A DNA stretch of 57,132 nt, filler included, from Ionaspis alba (taxonomy: Eukaryota): the NCBI GenBank assembly GCA_964255285.1. It is 4 parts of 4 records of this genome, joined end to end, with 100 filler letters (N's around TTAATTAATTAA, not from the genome) between each part and the next. Parts side by side here need not be neighbours in the genome. Positions count along the whole stretch, not along the records: positions 1 to 14,238 come from CAXUUL010000430.1; 3 more parts are not named here. One strand, 5' to 3'. The position numbers and the translations under genes were made by a program. Positions 1 to 11,921 of the stretch are shown piece after piece (the stretch's first letter is position 1; each line of letters begins with the position of its first letter). The notes below the pieces were generated by a model. That model saw nothing but the letters and a program-made list of their open reading frames with translations, made no database searches and was not told where the DNA came from.

Positions 1-600
1 GCGTTGAGGATGTGCAGGTAGATGTCTTGAGTGATAATGCTGTGCGTGTTGGTCCATGGGGGAAGGAGGCAGACTAATGTCGAAGTCAGTACTGTCTACC
101 AAGGGGTAGCAGAATTAGAAGAGATGACAATGCTAGGGTCTGTGCTCATGTACAGCCGTGTCATGTGCTTTCGAAGCACGCTTTAGTAGCCGCTCAATCT
201 GTGTAAGACTTCTCGCGGGGCCAGCAGCACGTAATAGCCCTAGAGTTATGGTTCATGAAACGCCTGAAGGGTGATTATACCTAGCTATATTAGTGTTCAT
301 CAAGACCGTCCTCGTCACGAAACTCACCGCTTCGGGCAAAATATATTGAAATCATGTGACCTCGACGGCGCAAATTGGGGCACATGGCACTAATGTCAGG
401 CGCAGATCCTCTTTTATCAGATGCGTCGTCTGAGGTCATGTTTCTGTTGCTAAACATGACTCGACAGGATGTTCATACAGCTCAAGGATAATCGAGGAGG
501 ACAAGAGCTCGAGTAATCGCATAGTCACTCTCTGTCTTATAGACCATGGCCTATTTCGATATAGACATTACGCCTCACTTATAGACACAGATCCTTTACC

Positions 601-1659
601 ATGCCATCCCAAGATGCCATCCAGTTTGCGCGTGCAATATCACGGTACCATTTGCTGTAATTCCTCACCGTTAAGCACAGCTGACTCTTTGCAGTCTTCT
701 AGGATGGATTTAGTAACAATTCCCTCCCACCTCTTGTACATTCTCTAACAGTTTCTTCCGCCAGCACACTCGCCTGGTCCCTCTCCTTCTATCCGCAACC
801 TCTCCTTAATCTTCGCCGGAATTCCACAATCGGCACTACCATCGACTTCCCGACCATCAACGTCCTCGGGTTCCTGGCCTACCTCCTCTCCAACGCTCTC
901 CTGTACGCCTCCCCGCTCATCCGTGCTCAGTATGCAGCGCGCAACCCTGTTTCGCCTGAGCCGACAGTGCGTGCCAACGATGTGGCTTTCGCGGCACATG
1001 CGGTTGTTTTGAGTGCGCTGACTCTGAGTATGTTCTGGGGAAAGATTTGGGGCTTTCGCCAGGGTGTCAGGCAGAAGGCGAGCTGGGGCGTCAAGGGCAT
1101 AATGGCCGGATGCTTGACGGGTGTGGGGTGGGTTGTGTTGGTTGTGCTTGTGAAAGGAGGAGAAGACCCGAGAGGGTGGGCTTGGATTGATGTGGTAAGG
1201 ACATCCTCAGAGTAGGGAACTGTTGGGTACGGTGACGGCGAATCAGAGTGGCTGATCAGGACTGCGGCACAGGTATATGCAATGGGATATGCAAAATTAG
1301 CCATCACGGTCGTCAAATACATTCCTCAAGCATGGACGAATTATCAGAGGAAATCTACAGAAGGGTGGAGCATTTCGCAGATTCTTCTAGATGTTACCGG
1401 AGGGGTTCTATCGATCGCGCAGCTGGTCATAGATTCTAGCTTGCAGCAGGACTGGTCAGGAATTACAGGGAACCCTGTCAAGTTAGGGCTTGGGAACGTG
1501 AGCATACTTTTTGATTGTGTATTTATGATTCAGCATTATTGGTTATATCGTGGAAACCGACGTGGGAAGGACCTAGACGAGGGTGAAGGTTTTTTAGAAC
1601 AAGACGGTGAGAGAAGAGGTCTGCTGGCAGATCAGAGGGAGGACGCTTTGTCTCGATAG
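601..1659 (+). CDS. ERS1: Cystinosin/ERS1-like PQ-loop lysosomal/vacuolar cystine transporter (about 4 exons)
   Basis: Two PQ-loop motifs (WSLSFYPQP near 775-800; [21 protein letters not shown]), NDVAFAAHA, and [16 protein letters not shown]...QHY. GT-AG introns at about 645-694, 712-750 and 1195-1272. ATG at 601 is inferred. Confidence 0.88.
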
Positions 1660-1986
1660 AATGGTTTGGCTTAGCTTGTACAAAGACTCTTAGAGCAGCT
1701 AAGCAACACAGATCTATATCCTCTAATCTCATGGCTTCGTCAAAGTGAAAGAAGTAGTTCAGCATTGGGAAAAGAGAATCATGACAACACTAGATATCCA
1801 AATCCCTATCTCCGACCATTGAATTCTACATGGAAATGGCCGCTGATATTCTCGCCCATTGTCGCTTCTCCTACCACCAAAACCCTAGTCGCACTAAAAT
1901 TGAACAAGCGAAGCCGACGACACTTCTAAAAATCCAGAAGGGACAACCACCTCGCATCGACATTACAGCGAGTACACACCGTCGCG

Positions 1987-2424
1987 ATGGCCAGTAAGCA
2001 ATTCCAATCAGCGGTCACTCTAACTCGCTTGATGCTGATTTCTGCTTCCTCATAGAATCAAAGAACTCGTCGCAGCACAATCAGAACAAAAAGGCGCACC
2101 GGAATGGGTGAGTCCATCTACTCTATCATTCTCAATCCGCTTCATTGCATCAACGACTTGCGCGCTGGCTCGTATGGTCTAGCGAAGGTTGCTAATACCG
2201 ATCTTTGTCGATAGAATCAAGAAGCCCAAGACCCACCGTTACCCCTCCCTCAAAGGAACAGACCCCAAGTTCCGGAGAAATCACAGACATGCCCTACATG
2301 GGACGATGAAGGCTTTGGTACGTTACAATTGAACACGGCGCAGCTAGAGGATACTCTTCGGAATTGCATATACTGATGGCTCTTACAGAAGGAGGTGAAG
2401 GAGGGCAAGAGAGACGCGGCCTAG
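1987..2424 (+). CDS. RPL29: 60S ribosomal protein L29 (eL29), 4 exons
   Basis: Spliced translation [65 protein letters not shown], with three canonical introns (gtaag, gtgag, gtacg). Missing from the ORF track because the exons are short. Confidence 0.97.
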
Positions 2425-2983
2425 ACCAGACCTTGCATATGAATTTGGCTCGACGGAATGCGTTACGATTCTGATCTCTGATGGTTGCAATAATGTTACT
2501 ATCAGAGTTTCACATAAGTTCGTGATGTAACCCCTCAATTGAGCTCCCAGTCCTGGGCAGAACAGTACTTGGAGATTACAATTGAACATTGGCTGTGCAA
2601 TCCGCCTGTCCCAAGCAAACCTGCTTTTCCTTATTGCACTCCTCCGCGTCGTTCTATAAAAGGCATATGTGTGTACAGCTCCGCTTGCTCTCTCCATGCA
2701 CGGCTGCTGAAGGATTATTATCTTTATCGTGCCGAAATTGACCTCGGCTCTCTCATTACCAAACACCCTCCTTCTTTCTCCTGTGGTGCGAGGGTGCATG
2801 GAGATTGGGCCACACCGCCTATATGGTGTATCTACTTCCTGAGTCTCTGTTGCGTGCCATTCTCTCTCTTTTCAACTTATCCATGAGCAACGTGAAGTCA
2901 ATCTTGACCATTTCACTTAGACAAATCCTGACGAAGAGGTCTCCATCGACCTTTCGATACCTATTCATCTGATCATCTATACC

Positions 2984-4590
2984 TCAAGTTCTCCACACAA
3001 CAATCCTGTGATCAAAACCCCCACTAACCACCCATTCCTGTTCTGCCACATCACCTGCCCACAGACTCCTAATCTTACATCCGCTTGCATGCCCACCGCT
3101 CAGCACCTGCACTACCTTCCCTGAACTAGCCTCCACGCCCCTCACAAGGCCATCCTCACCGTTAACCCACACTCCAGTACCATCTGGCCGCCATACCACC
3201 ATTGGCGTCGAATACGCCGTTTGCAGTGCCATCGTACTAACGCTGATCTGGATAGCTGCATCCTCGCGATTCTGCATGGCCAGCTTGGCCCCTGCTTGCT
3301 CTGCTTGCGTTACTGCTTCATATGGACCAGTGGCCTGAGGAACCAGGAGGCGTACGATAAGGAGTTTGAGGTGCGGGATTGAAGAGGTGGCGACTGCGAT
3401 GAGGCTGGGATCGATGGGTGAGAGGGCAATACAAGAGGGGGAGAAGGTCACCCAGGCATTAGAATGGGGGGCTAGATTTTGCGTGCCGAGGGGAACGAGA
3501 GTCGTGGGGCTGCTTTGGACGTGGTAGTAATGCAGACAGGTGGAGTCGCGGCGCGTGACAATAAGGAGGAGGCGAGCTGAGTCATCAGGGTCCGTGACAA
3601 AGAGGAGGTCTTCCGGATTGGTGGGAAGGCTGAGTGTTGCACGGGGCTCAGTGAGGGTAGGTATGCCTCGAGAGGTCTCGGCAAATAAGTAGAGATGCAC
3701 AGTGGCGTCCCAACCGGCTGTTGCGACATAAGTCTCGTTGGCGAAAACGTATGCTATGACTTTTACAGCGTATTTCTTGTGGTCCTGACGGATGGAAATG
3801 GGTACGTTGCTAACATGGTCGTAGAGGACCAGGTGGCCTGACATACTACATGTGAGCGATACGCCACGGGAGAAGATACTGTGACAGCAAAGCACGGGGG
3901 AATCATGTATCGAGGTGTAGCAGCTCTGAAGGTCGAGTGTGGGTGTTTCCAAGATGTACAGACGGCGCGCGGCTGTGGTAGCGAGGACAACGGGTGGGAA
4001 CTCGGGATCCAGAGATGGGGCCACAGAGACATGGAGGATGTTGGAAGAACAATCGAGGGTTTTGATCATCATTGGTTTCGAAGGCGCTGTCAGGGAGGAC
4101 ATGTCAGCGCATTGTTCCGATTTGGATAAAATCGAGAAGAAAACAACTCTCTCAAAGACGATATACGTTCCATAAATGTCGTAGCTCTACGCATGAGAGC
4201 AAACTGTTGCAAGAATAGTGTTGTCAAGGTAACTCGAACGGAACGATCAGACTTGCCTGGCAGGCTCCATGGCTTTGTACCCTCTCCGTCAACCCTTTCA
4301 AAACTTATACTAGTATCATAAGCACGCTTCTCTTTGAGTATCGTCTCGATCGTGAGATCGTCTCCTTTCTTAATGGTACCTGCATCACGTGGAAGGCCAG
4401 CTTCTTGCAGGAAGGTGTAGAATGTCTATAAGACCCTTTAGAGAAGGCATATTTCCTCGATCAAAGCGAGAAAGATAATAGGAATCGAACAAGACGAGAG
4501 GAGGCACATGTTGCGTAGGTTACGTACGTGGGTGTAGTGGTTTGCTTTGAGGAAACGAGCAACCAGATGGGCAGGATCGGGTAATGGCAT
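2984..4590 (-). CDS. LisH + WD40-repeat protein (multi-exon)
   Basis: N-terminal LisH-like MPLPDPAHLVARFLKANHYT followed by introns. The main exon 2984-4102 has WD-type repeats (VATAGWDATVHLY, VVSGGFDHRIVVW). Confidence 0.75.
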
Positions 4591-5001
4591 GATCAACGAT
4601 GCGGAAGTCCGTGAATGCAAGATATCGGAGTTGGGAGCGAAGTATTCATCTTCTGAGGCTTGGATTGAAGTTCATGATGAACATACTAGACGGACTAGGA
4701 AGGCACGAAGCATATATACGCATGATGTCAATACTAAAGGAAGGCGAGGTAGGGTCTATCGAGTCGTGTCTAACGCAGTTCAATTGTACCACCTTAAGAG
4801 TCATCGAGTAGTTGATTTCAGAGCTGTTCTTGATAGCTATCCAAGCCGGCTCTAGAATAAGAGCTCTGCTAGCTATCGAGCACAATTCCACAAACAATGC
4901 ATGCGTACCACAAACTAGACCGCAAAACGGGGTATCCCTCGCAAAAACAGCCTCCTAAATTGCAGCCAAATGTGTGTTTCGCAAATCATGATAATCTAGA
5001 T

Positions 5002-6526
5002 TCAATAAAACATGTCCGCAGCTAGATTCCTCTTTCCACCCCTGCCTTGCAGCTTCTCGGCGAACAATTCCTTCCCAGCGTTCCCAGCTTTTGCAGGGAA
5101 AAGCTCCTTCACTGTACTTGAGGATGCGGTGCCGCGAATCGAGATACCTCGATCTACCTGCGATGCAGCACCACGAATTGAGATTCCTCGGTCAACTTTC
5201 TTGGCTGCACCACGGATACTGATTCCTCCTTGTTGTAGATTCTCCAGGTCTTCGGGGTCTGGGTCAGGATCCGAAGCTTTGAGCCGACCGTGTTGAGGTA
5301 GCGAGTCGTGAGCTCCGTCGATGAAAGGGACAGCCATCCCGGAGGCGAAGAGGTCGGCGGTCTCATCTGCTGCATCGAAAGCGTCAGAACGGCGATGATT
5401 GCCAATACCTGTCTTGAGTGGGAAGAGTTCTTTTTTTAGGTTCGTAGCTGCTTGCTTGTTGGGGAAGAGTTCTTTGGTATCGGTAGTAGCTGAGATTCCA
5501 CGAATGTCGTCGCCGATCTCCCGAGGCACTGCTTTGGAGGGAAACAACTCCTTAACGGCATTGGCTCTTGGGAAGGGATGTGGGTCGCGAGTATTGTAAC
5601 GGGGTGGAGGAGTTCTGCGTCGTTCTCGTCGACCGTTTTGACCATTACTCTCTCTGGTTGGTGAAGCACTTCGATCTCTTAACCGCCTGCGGTCACCGGA
5701 TCTCGGCCTGTACGAGTCCCCACGAAAACCCTCCGACCCGAGATCAGATGAGAAAGATGATCGGGAATTGCGTCGGTTACTGGCCGCCTGATTTCGTGAT
5801 TCAACGGCGTCTGCATCGTCGTCGTACATAGAAGCCGTAAATCCTTCGTCATTATCTCTGCGTCTCCTTCTTCGTTCTTCGTCGTCCCCGTACCGCGCTT
5901 TTCGGTCTCTACCGTGTTGACCATGCCTGCTCGATCTTCGGCGCTTCTCTCCCGGATCGAGCTCGGGATGTTTCAAATAGAACTTGCTAGCTAGGCGAGC
6001 CATTGGTTGCTTTTTATCTGTAATGACAGCTGTTCGTACTTGCAAGCTGGACTCGGGATGCGCCGAATATCGCTTTGCAACACGTAGTTGCAAACCGTGC
6101 ATATCTGTCAGATCGCCGCTGGTGTCAAGTGAGAAATGGAACAAGGCATCTGCAGCGGTTTCTGAACTATCGTAGATGATATTTGCTGAAGTGTCGTCAA
6201 TCCATTCGATCTTCACTGGTAACTGAGTAGGATAATGCTCCATGGCAAATGAGCGAATATCGTCGGTTTTCAGTTCATCAACACCTCGAATGTAAATTTT
6301 GTTGCGCACAATCTCTTCAGGTGGAAGATCATTGAGCGGTGAAGTGATACCGTCATTTGCATATGAGTTATGGGTAGGGATTTTGTTGTATACCTGAGGC
6401 AGAGATCAATTAGCTGTTCAGAAGAGAGCTTGGCCGGTGACTTACTGATGGATCTACCTGAGGAATATCGATCTCTGGTCCCAGGTCGATGTCAATATCC
6501 ATGTCAATATCCATGTCCATCACCAT
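5002..6526 (-). CDS. NCBP3/DUF2414-like RRM-type cap-binding protein
   Basis: KIYIRGVDELKTDDI...IEWIDDTSANIIY motif, an Arg/Asp-rich tail and repeated KELFP motifs. Start MVMDMDIDMDID at 6526 and an intron at about 6394-6445. Confidence 0.82.
5128..5232 (-). repeat. Coding tandem repeat of about 39 bp, 3 copies (GISIRGAA unit)
   Basis: GGISIRGAAKKVDRGISIRGAASQVDRGISIRGTA in the translated ORF. Confidence 0.85.
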
Positions 6527-6721
6527 TGGTTGATTAGTGTGTGAAAGAACCTCCATCGTGTCGTAAGCCTTGTAGATATGTTGAAGGTATAAAAGAGAAG
6601 TTAAAGCTCAGCGCGAGGACAAGAACGTTGCAATGATCGGAAACAATAAACGCCGATAGTCCGAAGCCAAATAGCCGCGAAGTCAAAACCCAAAACGCCA
6701 GACGCCACATATGAAACTCTC

Positions 6722-8611
6722 TCAAGAACGAAGCGCCTTAGCAGAACGTGCTCCTGCATCCTCGTCGTCATCCTCAGTCCGCTTCCGCTTTCCAAGCCCG
6801 CGTTCTTCCCAGAGTGAGATCGATGGGCTACGACTGGGCTCATGTTGAGACGTAGAGAGGCGATTGCCGGTGGATGGGCCTGGAGCTGATGCCAACTCAT
6901 CGTCCGAGATCTCGATGATCGGCTGTTGTCTAGCTGGTCGTTTCGACGGCCCTGGAGCATAGTCGTCTTCATTGTCAACTCGGTCCTCGTAATCGTCGTT
7001 GCCGTATAAATCGTCATCATTATCATCTTCGTCATAGTCCTCGACATCCTCTCCCTCGGCATCCTCGCCTTCAAGTTCTTCTTGATATCCTTCGTTGTTG
7101 ATGATCTCCTGGTGCTCCTCATTCTCGTACCCCTCTTCATTCTCTACGCTTTCATGCACTTCTTGATTTACCTCCTCAGCTATCTCCTCGTACTCATTCT
7201 CATCTGCTTCATCTTCCTCCAGTTGCTCCTCGTCCTCGTCCTCTTCCTCCTGCTTCACTATCTTCTCTCTCTTGCTCTTGTCTCTCAAGCCCGTCTGCAG
7301 ATAAGGTACTCGTCTGTGGATTCTCTCATCGAAATTGTGTTTCTTTCGTCCTTCTCGATTCCAGTGGTTCTTGACGCTGTTCCACGTACGATTGGTGCCA
7401 GTGGCCTCGGTAAGACGTCTTGCGATCTCCACGAATTTAGCTTCACCCGTGATCTCCTTTGCCTCAACGATCTCTTTCATGTACGTCCCAACAAGGCGCT
7501 TCTCGCGATCTGACCATGGAACTTGTTGCGCTCTTCGTCGTGATGGCCCGGAGGTTTGGGCTCCAGGAGTAGCATTCGGATCTGCGGAAGTGGTGTCTGC
7601 AGGCGCTAACTCCGAGTCCTGAGGCGCTCCCGCGGCGCTCTGGGTGGCTGGCGTCGCTCTCCAGGGCTCCTTTCGAGCTGTTGTGGGTCGATTGCTTGTG
7701 GCTGCAGGCGCTTGGCTTGTGGCTGTAGGGCGACTACTGGAGGGGGCAGGTCTCTTCCCGCCTTTCGCTGGTCGGTTGCGACGTCTTGGTAGCAGTTCAA
7801 ATGTCTCGGAGACAGTCTGCTCTGAATTGTAATCTTCATCATTTTCGTCGTCATTGTCATCATCTTGATCATCGTCCTCATTATCATCCTCATCTTCGTC
7901 CTCGTCCTCGTCTACGTCTTCGCGCTCATGCTGATGGTCATGCTGATGCTCAAACTCGAGCTCGTCCTCGTCCTCGTNNNNNNNNNNNNNNNNNNNNNNN
8001 NNNNNNNNNNNNNNNNNNNNNNNNNNNNNNNNNNNNNNNNNNNNNNNNNNNNNNNNNNNNNNNNNNNNNNNNNNNNNCTCGTCCTCGTCCTCGTGATGGT
8101 CAGATGAAACGAGTCTTGGGTGGAGCCGTCGTGCCTGCGGTTGACGCACTCGTTCCGATGTTTGCTCTACCGCTTCCATCTGGCGATTGGCTTCTTCCAT
8201 CTGGCGATTAGCTTCTTCCATTTGGCGATTGGCTTCTTCCATTTGGCGAGTGGCTGCGTCCATCACCTCGTTTGCTTCCTTCATTTGCAATTTTCCGGCC
8301 TCCAAAAGCTCTTTGCCCTCCTTTCTTTTACGATCCAAAAGCTCTTTCTCTGCGTCAAGTCCAGCATTGTAACCAGCAACGAACCAACCGTCACGTGCCG
8401 CACGGATTCGCCACTCAATATAATCGTTCAGAAGTGTGTCCTCGCCAATCTCATTGGCTGGTTGGGGAGGAACGTCAACGAAACCGGTAAAAGCCTCATG
8501 GGTAGTATCTCCAAGGGTCAGTGCTGTCGGGAGTCTACGATTGCGGTCTTGGAATCTTGACATGTTGCCATGCGAATTGATCATGGAGGGGTGTGAACCG
8601 GTATTGCCCAT
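6722..8611 (-). CDS. Orphan acidic low-complexity protein with coiled coil and a single Myb/SANT-like domain (spans an assembly gap)
   Basis: Long ORF with WSDREKRLV...KFVEIARRL...RTWNSVKNHWNR, which fits a Myb/SANT helix-turn-helix pattern. It also has D/E tracts, RQMEEAN heptads and an NLS-like GKRKR. A 100-N gap at 7978-8077 makes frame continuity uncertain. Confidence 0.65.
   Translation of the reverse strand: MGNTGSHPSMINSHGNMSRFQDRNRRLPTALTLGDTTHEAFTGFVDVPPQPANEIGEDTLLNDYIEWRIRAARDGWFVAGYNAGLDAEKELLDRKRKEGKELLEAGKLQMKEANEVMDAATRQMEEANRQMEEANRQMEEANRQMEAVEQTSERVRQPQARRLHPRLVSSDHHEDEDEXXXXXXXXXXXXXXXXXXXXXXXXXXXXXXXXXXEDEDELEFEHQHDHQHEREDVDEDEDEDEDDNEDDDQDDDNDDENDEDYNSEQTVSETFELLPRRRNRPAKGGKRPAPSSSRPTATSQAPAATSNRPTTARKEPWRATPATQSAAGAPQDSELAPADTTSADPNATPGAQTSGPSRRRAQQVPWSDREKRLVGTYMKEIVEAKEITGEAKFVEIARRLTEATGTNRTWNSVKNHWNREGRKKHNFDERIHRRVPYLQTGLRDKSKREKIVKQEEEDEDEEQLEEDEADENEYEEIAEEVNQEVHESVENEEGYENEEHQEIINNEGYQEELEGEDAEGEDVEDYDEDDNDDDLYGNDDYEDRVDNEDDYAPGPSKRPARQQPIIEISDDELASAPGPSTGNRLSTSQHEPSRSPSISLWEERGLGKRKRTEDDDEDAGARSAKALRS
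8176..8250 (-). repeat. 21-bp coding tandem repeat (RQMEEAN x3-4, coiled-coil heptad)
   Basis: catctggcgattggcttcttc units repeated on the + strand. Confidence 0.9.
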
Positions 8612-8663
8612 TTTGAGGAAGGAAATGGGTAGCCTGCTACCCGTGATATATGCACCAGTTGAC

Positions 8664-8819
8664 GATGTCCTGCCAGAGGACCAGTTTGATTAAGAATAGC
8701 TGAATGCTGATGTCCTGCCAGAAGACCAAAGTGGCAAAGGAAGCGATGACAATACTGTCCTACCAGAGGAACAGCTTGAAAGAAGGTGCGACGAATGATG
8801 CTGTCCTGCCAGAGGAGTA
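8664..8819. repeat. Array of four palindromic GTCCT-GCCAG-AGGA(C) motifs at 45-46 bp spacing
   Basis: Motif cores start at 8667, 8712, 8757 and 8803. The intervening 25-26 nt are diverged, but spacers 1/3 and 2/4 resemble each other. Confidence 0.85.
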
Positions 8820-8942
8820 AGTGGAAGGAGGAGAGTATGCAATGAAAAGGGCAACTGGATGAGAAGGAAAGAGGGTAAAGAATAGAAGAGAAGACGGAGA
8901 TATGTCTCTTTCTAGCATGTCCATCTTGGGTGGCTGGGACAT

Positions 8943-9215
8943 CAATAGAGACATCTTTCAACGGATATCCAGACATCAATAGGTTTGCGCGCATGCTCAA
9001 TAGGAGCAGTGTTGTGACAATAGGAACATAGCCTAGTGGCATTGTGCAGTGTGTTTCGTCAATAGCCAAATGACCCATGACAATAAGTGTGTGATGCTCT
9101 CTCAATATCAATGAATCAAATTTGATCAGTCTCCGAAATAGCCATCGTTACTGTTGATGGAGGTAGTTGAGAACGCCATCTTTCGCGCACCTATTGTCAA
9201 TAATTTGCACTATTG
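8943..9215. promoter_or_regulatory. Cluster of CAATAG/CTATTG motifs (MAT1-1-1/HMG-like binding sites) upstream of the orphan Myb-like gene
   Basis: Exact CAATAG at 8943, 8977, 8998, 9018 and 9060; CTATTG at 9191 and 9210; a full CTCAATAG at 8996-9003; near matches at 9081 and 9101. Confidence 0.55.
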
Positions 9216-11921
9216 ACATCTGCCACCACCAATCACACCTTACGAAAAAACAGACAGCTCGAAATATTTTTGCCAGCACTTTATGCAGCATCTACAGCAT
9301 ATCTGACTGTATTCCTGTAATTACACACCAAATACCTCCCATACCAAATGCTCGAAATGGGCCTCCGTAACATTTGTCGCAAACGACCTTTTCGAGTCTA
9401 GCCTGCTTCGGCTTCCTCCCTCGCTAAGCTCCGAAGGCGTCTGCCGGTGCGAGCCGCTGTCAAAACCTTCGCGCGCCGTACCTTAAGTGCACCCTCCATC
9501 ATCCAAGGAACATCATTGAGGCAGATCCAAGACTAAGGGAAGTCCACTAGTTTCCTTGATATCAGCTGCACATCGAACCGGATTTTGCAGCGGTATTTTC
9601 CAGCATCTAACTCTGCCATGGGGTTTGGTTTTCTTACTTCTAGTGCCAATTTTCCGTGGTAGAAATGCGCGATTTTTGTGAACTCTTTTGAAGGATATTT
9701 CTCGTACCAGGCTGAGGTCGGCATTGAGTTTGGGCTCGACCGGTGCACAACCATGGTTCAAGAGGACCGCTATCGGCATGGAATGCCGTATCGAAAGGAT
9801 TGCGAGTAGGTGAGTAATAGAATCGGTCCTCAATGATAGGCCAGTGAGATAACTGTTCTTTAGCAATGATGCTGTCTAAATTTCCTCACGCGACCCGACC
9901 AGAAGGCTAAGCGCTGAACGGTCTTGTGGTCATCTCGATGCCGTTTGAAGTCGAGGAAATCGTTCAAAGCACCTGCGAATTACCTGGAAAAACCTCCTTT
10001 GGCCCTTTTTGTCCAATTTTGCCACTGTATTGTACTCTTTCCTTCTGCCCAACGCGCGACGGGTCTCCCCACCCGATGTTCTCTCATATATCCCCTGGCA
10101 AAGCATCCAGACAGAAAGTTAGCTTCTCGGCCAAGCCTTCAGGCCCCACAATAGTCTCGGTGCCAGGCAATCTCGTTTTAGCAAAGCTTCTAGTCGCCTT
10201 AGTGCGATCATTGCTCAATCGTTCGTGAGTGCTTCTAGGAGCAAAGCTCCACCCCACAATGCAGATCATACCCCTCAGCACCAATATCCGCCAGCGCCTC
10301 CAATATGACGGTCTACGGATAGCAGGTTTTGCAAAGGCACGGAACGAGGCAACTCTCTCCTACCAATGCGCTTGCCCCTTTCCAAGATCCAAAAAAGTAC
10401 ACTTCCAATGCCTTCCACTGCCACCTGAACTAACCCACCCAAATGATGGGTTCCACTCCGAAAGCAGGCAAAGAATACTCCCCTAACAGGTTCTCCACAC
10501 TCTACATTCTGACAGACAGTACACCTAACTCCCGATATGTCCCGCAAGCACTATCTTCCTTCCAATCGGCGCCTAAGAGTCAATCTGCCAAGTCAAAATT
10601 GCCCATCACAAATACCCTATCCTAACTCAAACCCACGGTGTCTGTCCTGCCCACTGGGCTCAAGACCCTACCTTATCTTGCCCTGTCGATCAGGCACCAA
10701 TCCGCTCCGCCCTGCAGATCATCCGTTGGCCTCACATCGCCCTGCCAGGTTCACTCCTCTATCGCCCAGAAGACCACCGCCACAAGCCCTCTCGCTGCTG
10801 CCCTCTTTCGGCCGCACTCCACCTCCTACTCAGGCCCATACCCCACTGCCAACTCCCGGCGGAGTCACCCGTCCTTTACCCATGACGCCTTTGCCTAGAT
10901 CAAACTGTGGGTTGAGAGGCACCGAGACAGCCCTGGTGTGAGTGGATCAGCCCAAGCTCCCTTATGACGGCTAGACTTTCCGTTTGAGCCAGTCTGGGCT
11001 AGCGAGCTAGTGTGCCTGACTCGTTTGAATTCGGCTACATGGAGGGATTGGGGGGTGGTGTTTGTTGGGGGTCAGGGCTATGCCCACTTTTGAGGGAGGT
11101 TGGTGTGTCCCTCGCGCTTTCTGTGGGTACGAGGAGTTGGTGATGAGCAATTACGTAGCTGTCGCTCGATGCGCTCATAGCAAAACTGGAATCGTTAGTC
11201 GATGGGTGGACTGAGTTCTATGGCTTCCCAGCACGGATGAAATGACGAGTGAGTAAGGACGCCTTGAAGGAGGGTGAAACAGATCGTTGGGGAAGTGAAG
11301 AATGACATTCGTAGTTTGGAGAATCCCCATCGCGCTCACAGAAATCTTACCTTCACTCGAGCGATCAATAACGAGTGTAGAGAGCGAATGGATAGCGAGA
11401 GTCAATCAAGGAAGGATGGATGGATGGATGGACAGAGAGACAGAGGGAACATAGGCACGGAGGAGGGAAGGAGCCTGCGACCGATCGCTGTCGCACACAA
11501 TCATCATGACAATCAATTACTCAAATGAAGAAAGAAGTTCAAGTAAATATAACTCCATTGTAACTATGAATCTCTAAGTCAAACCACCCGAACGCCTCAA
11601 TCCCTCAAATACCTGCAACGCAATGCGATCCTGTTCTGCCCCCCGCAAGAGTATGCCCACACAGGCCCATCCATGCCCACCCATTCCATTCCAGAGTAGT
11701 AGTAGTATTCATGGGTATCTATACACAAACAAGAGAACGGAGTGTGACCCTCGGGATTTTTAAGCAAGCCTTTCCAAGGCCCCTGACTCCCCAAAGAAAT
11801 ATACACAACTCAGAGCCGTCACACTCCCTAGGATAATGCGGATAAACATAGCGAAGAACCAAGTTCTCCCGCGACCGAGCAGAGAGCTCACAGCGGAACT
11901 GGCTACTTTCCTTCTCTTCGA

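Noticed and set aside
8664..8819. CRISPR array (palindromic repeats with spacers)
   Set aside because: The context is eukaryotic, there are no cas genes, the repeats are short and degenerate, and the spacers are related to each other. It is better explained as a decayed tandem repeat or regulatory array.
9500..10950. Possible pseudogene or transposon relic (Cys-containing short ORFs such as CTVCQNVEC)
   Set aside because: All frames are interrupted and I recognise no domain, TIR, LTR or splice structure, so I cannot support a call.
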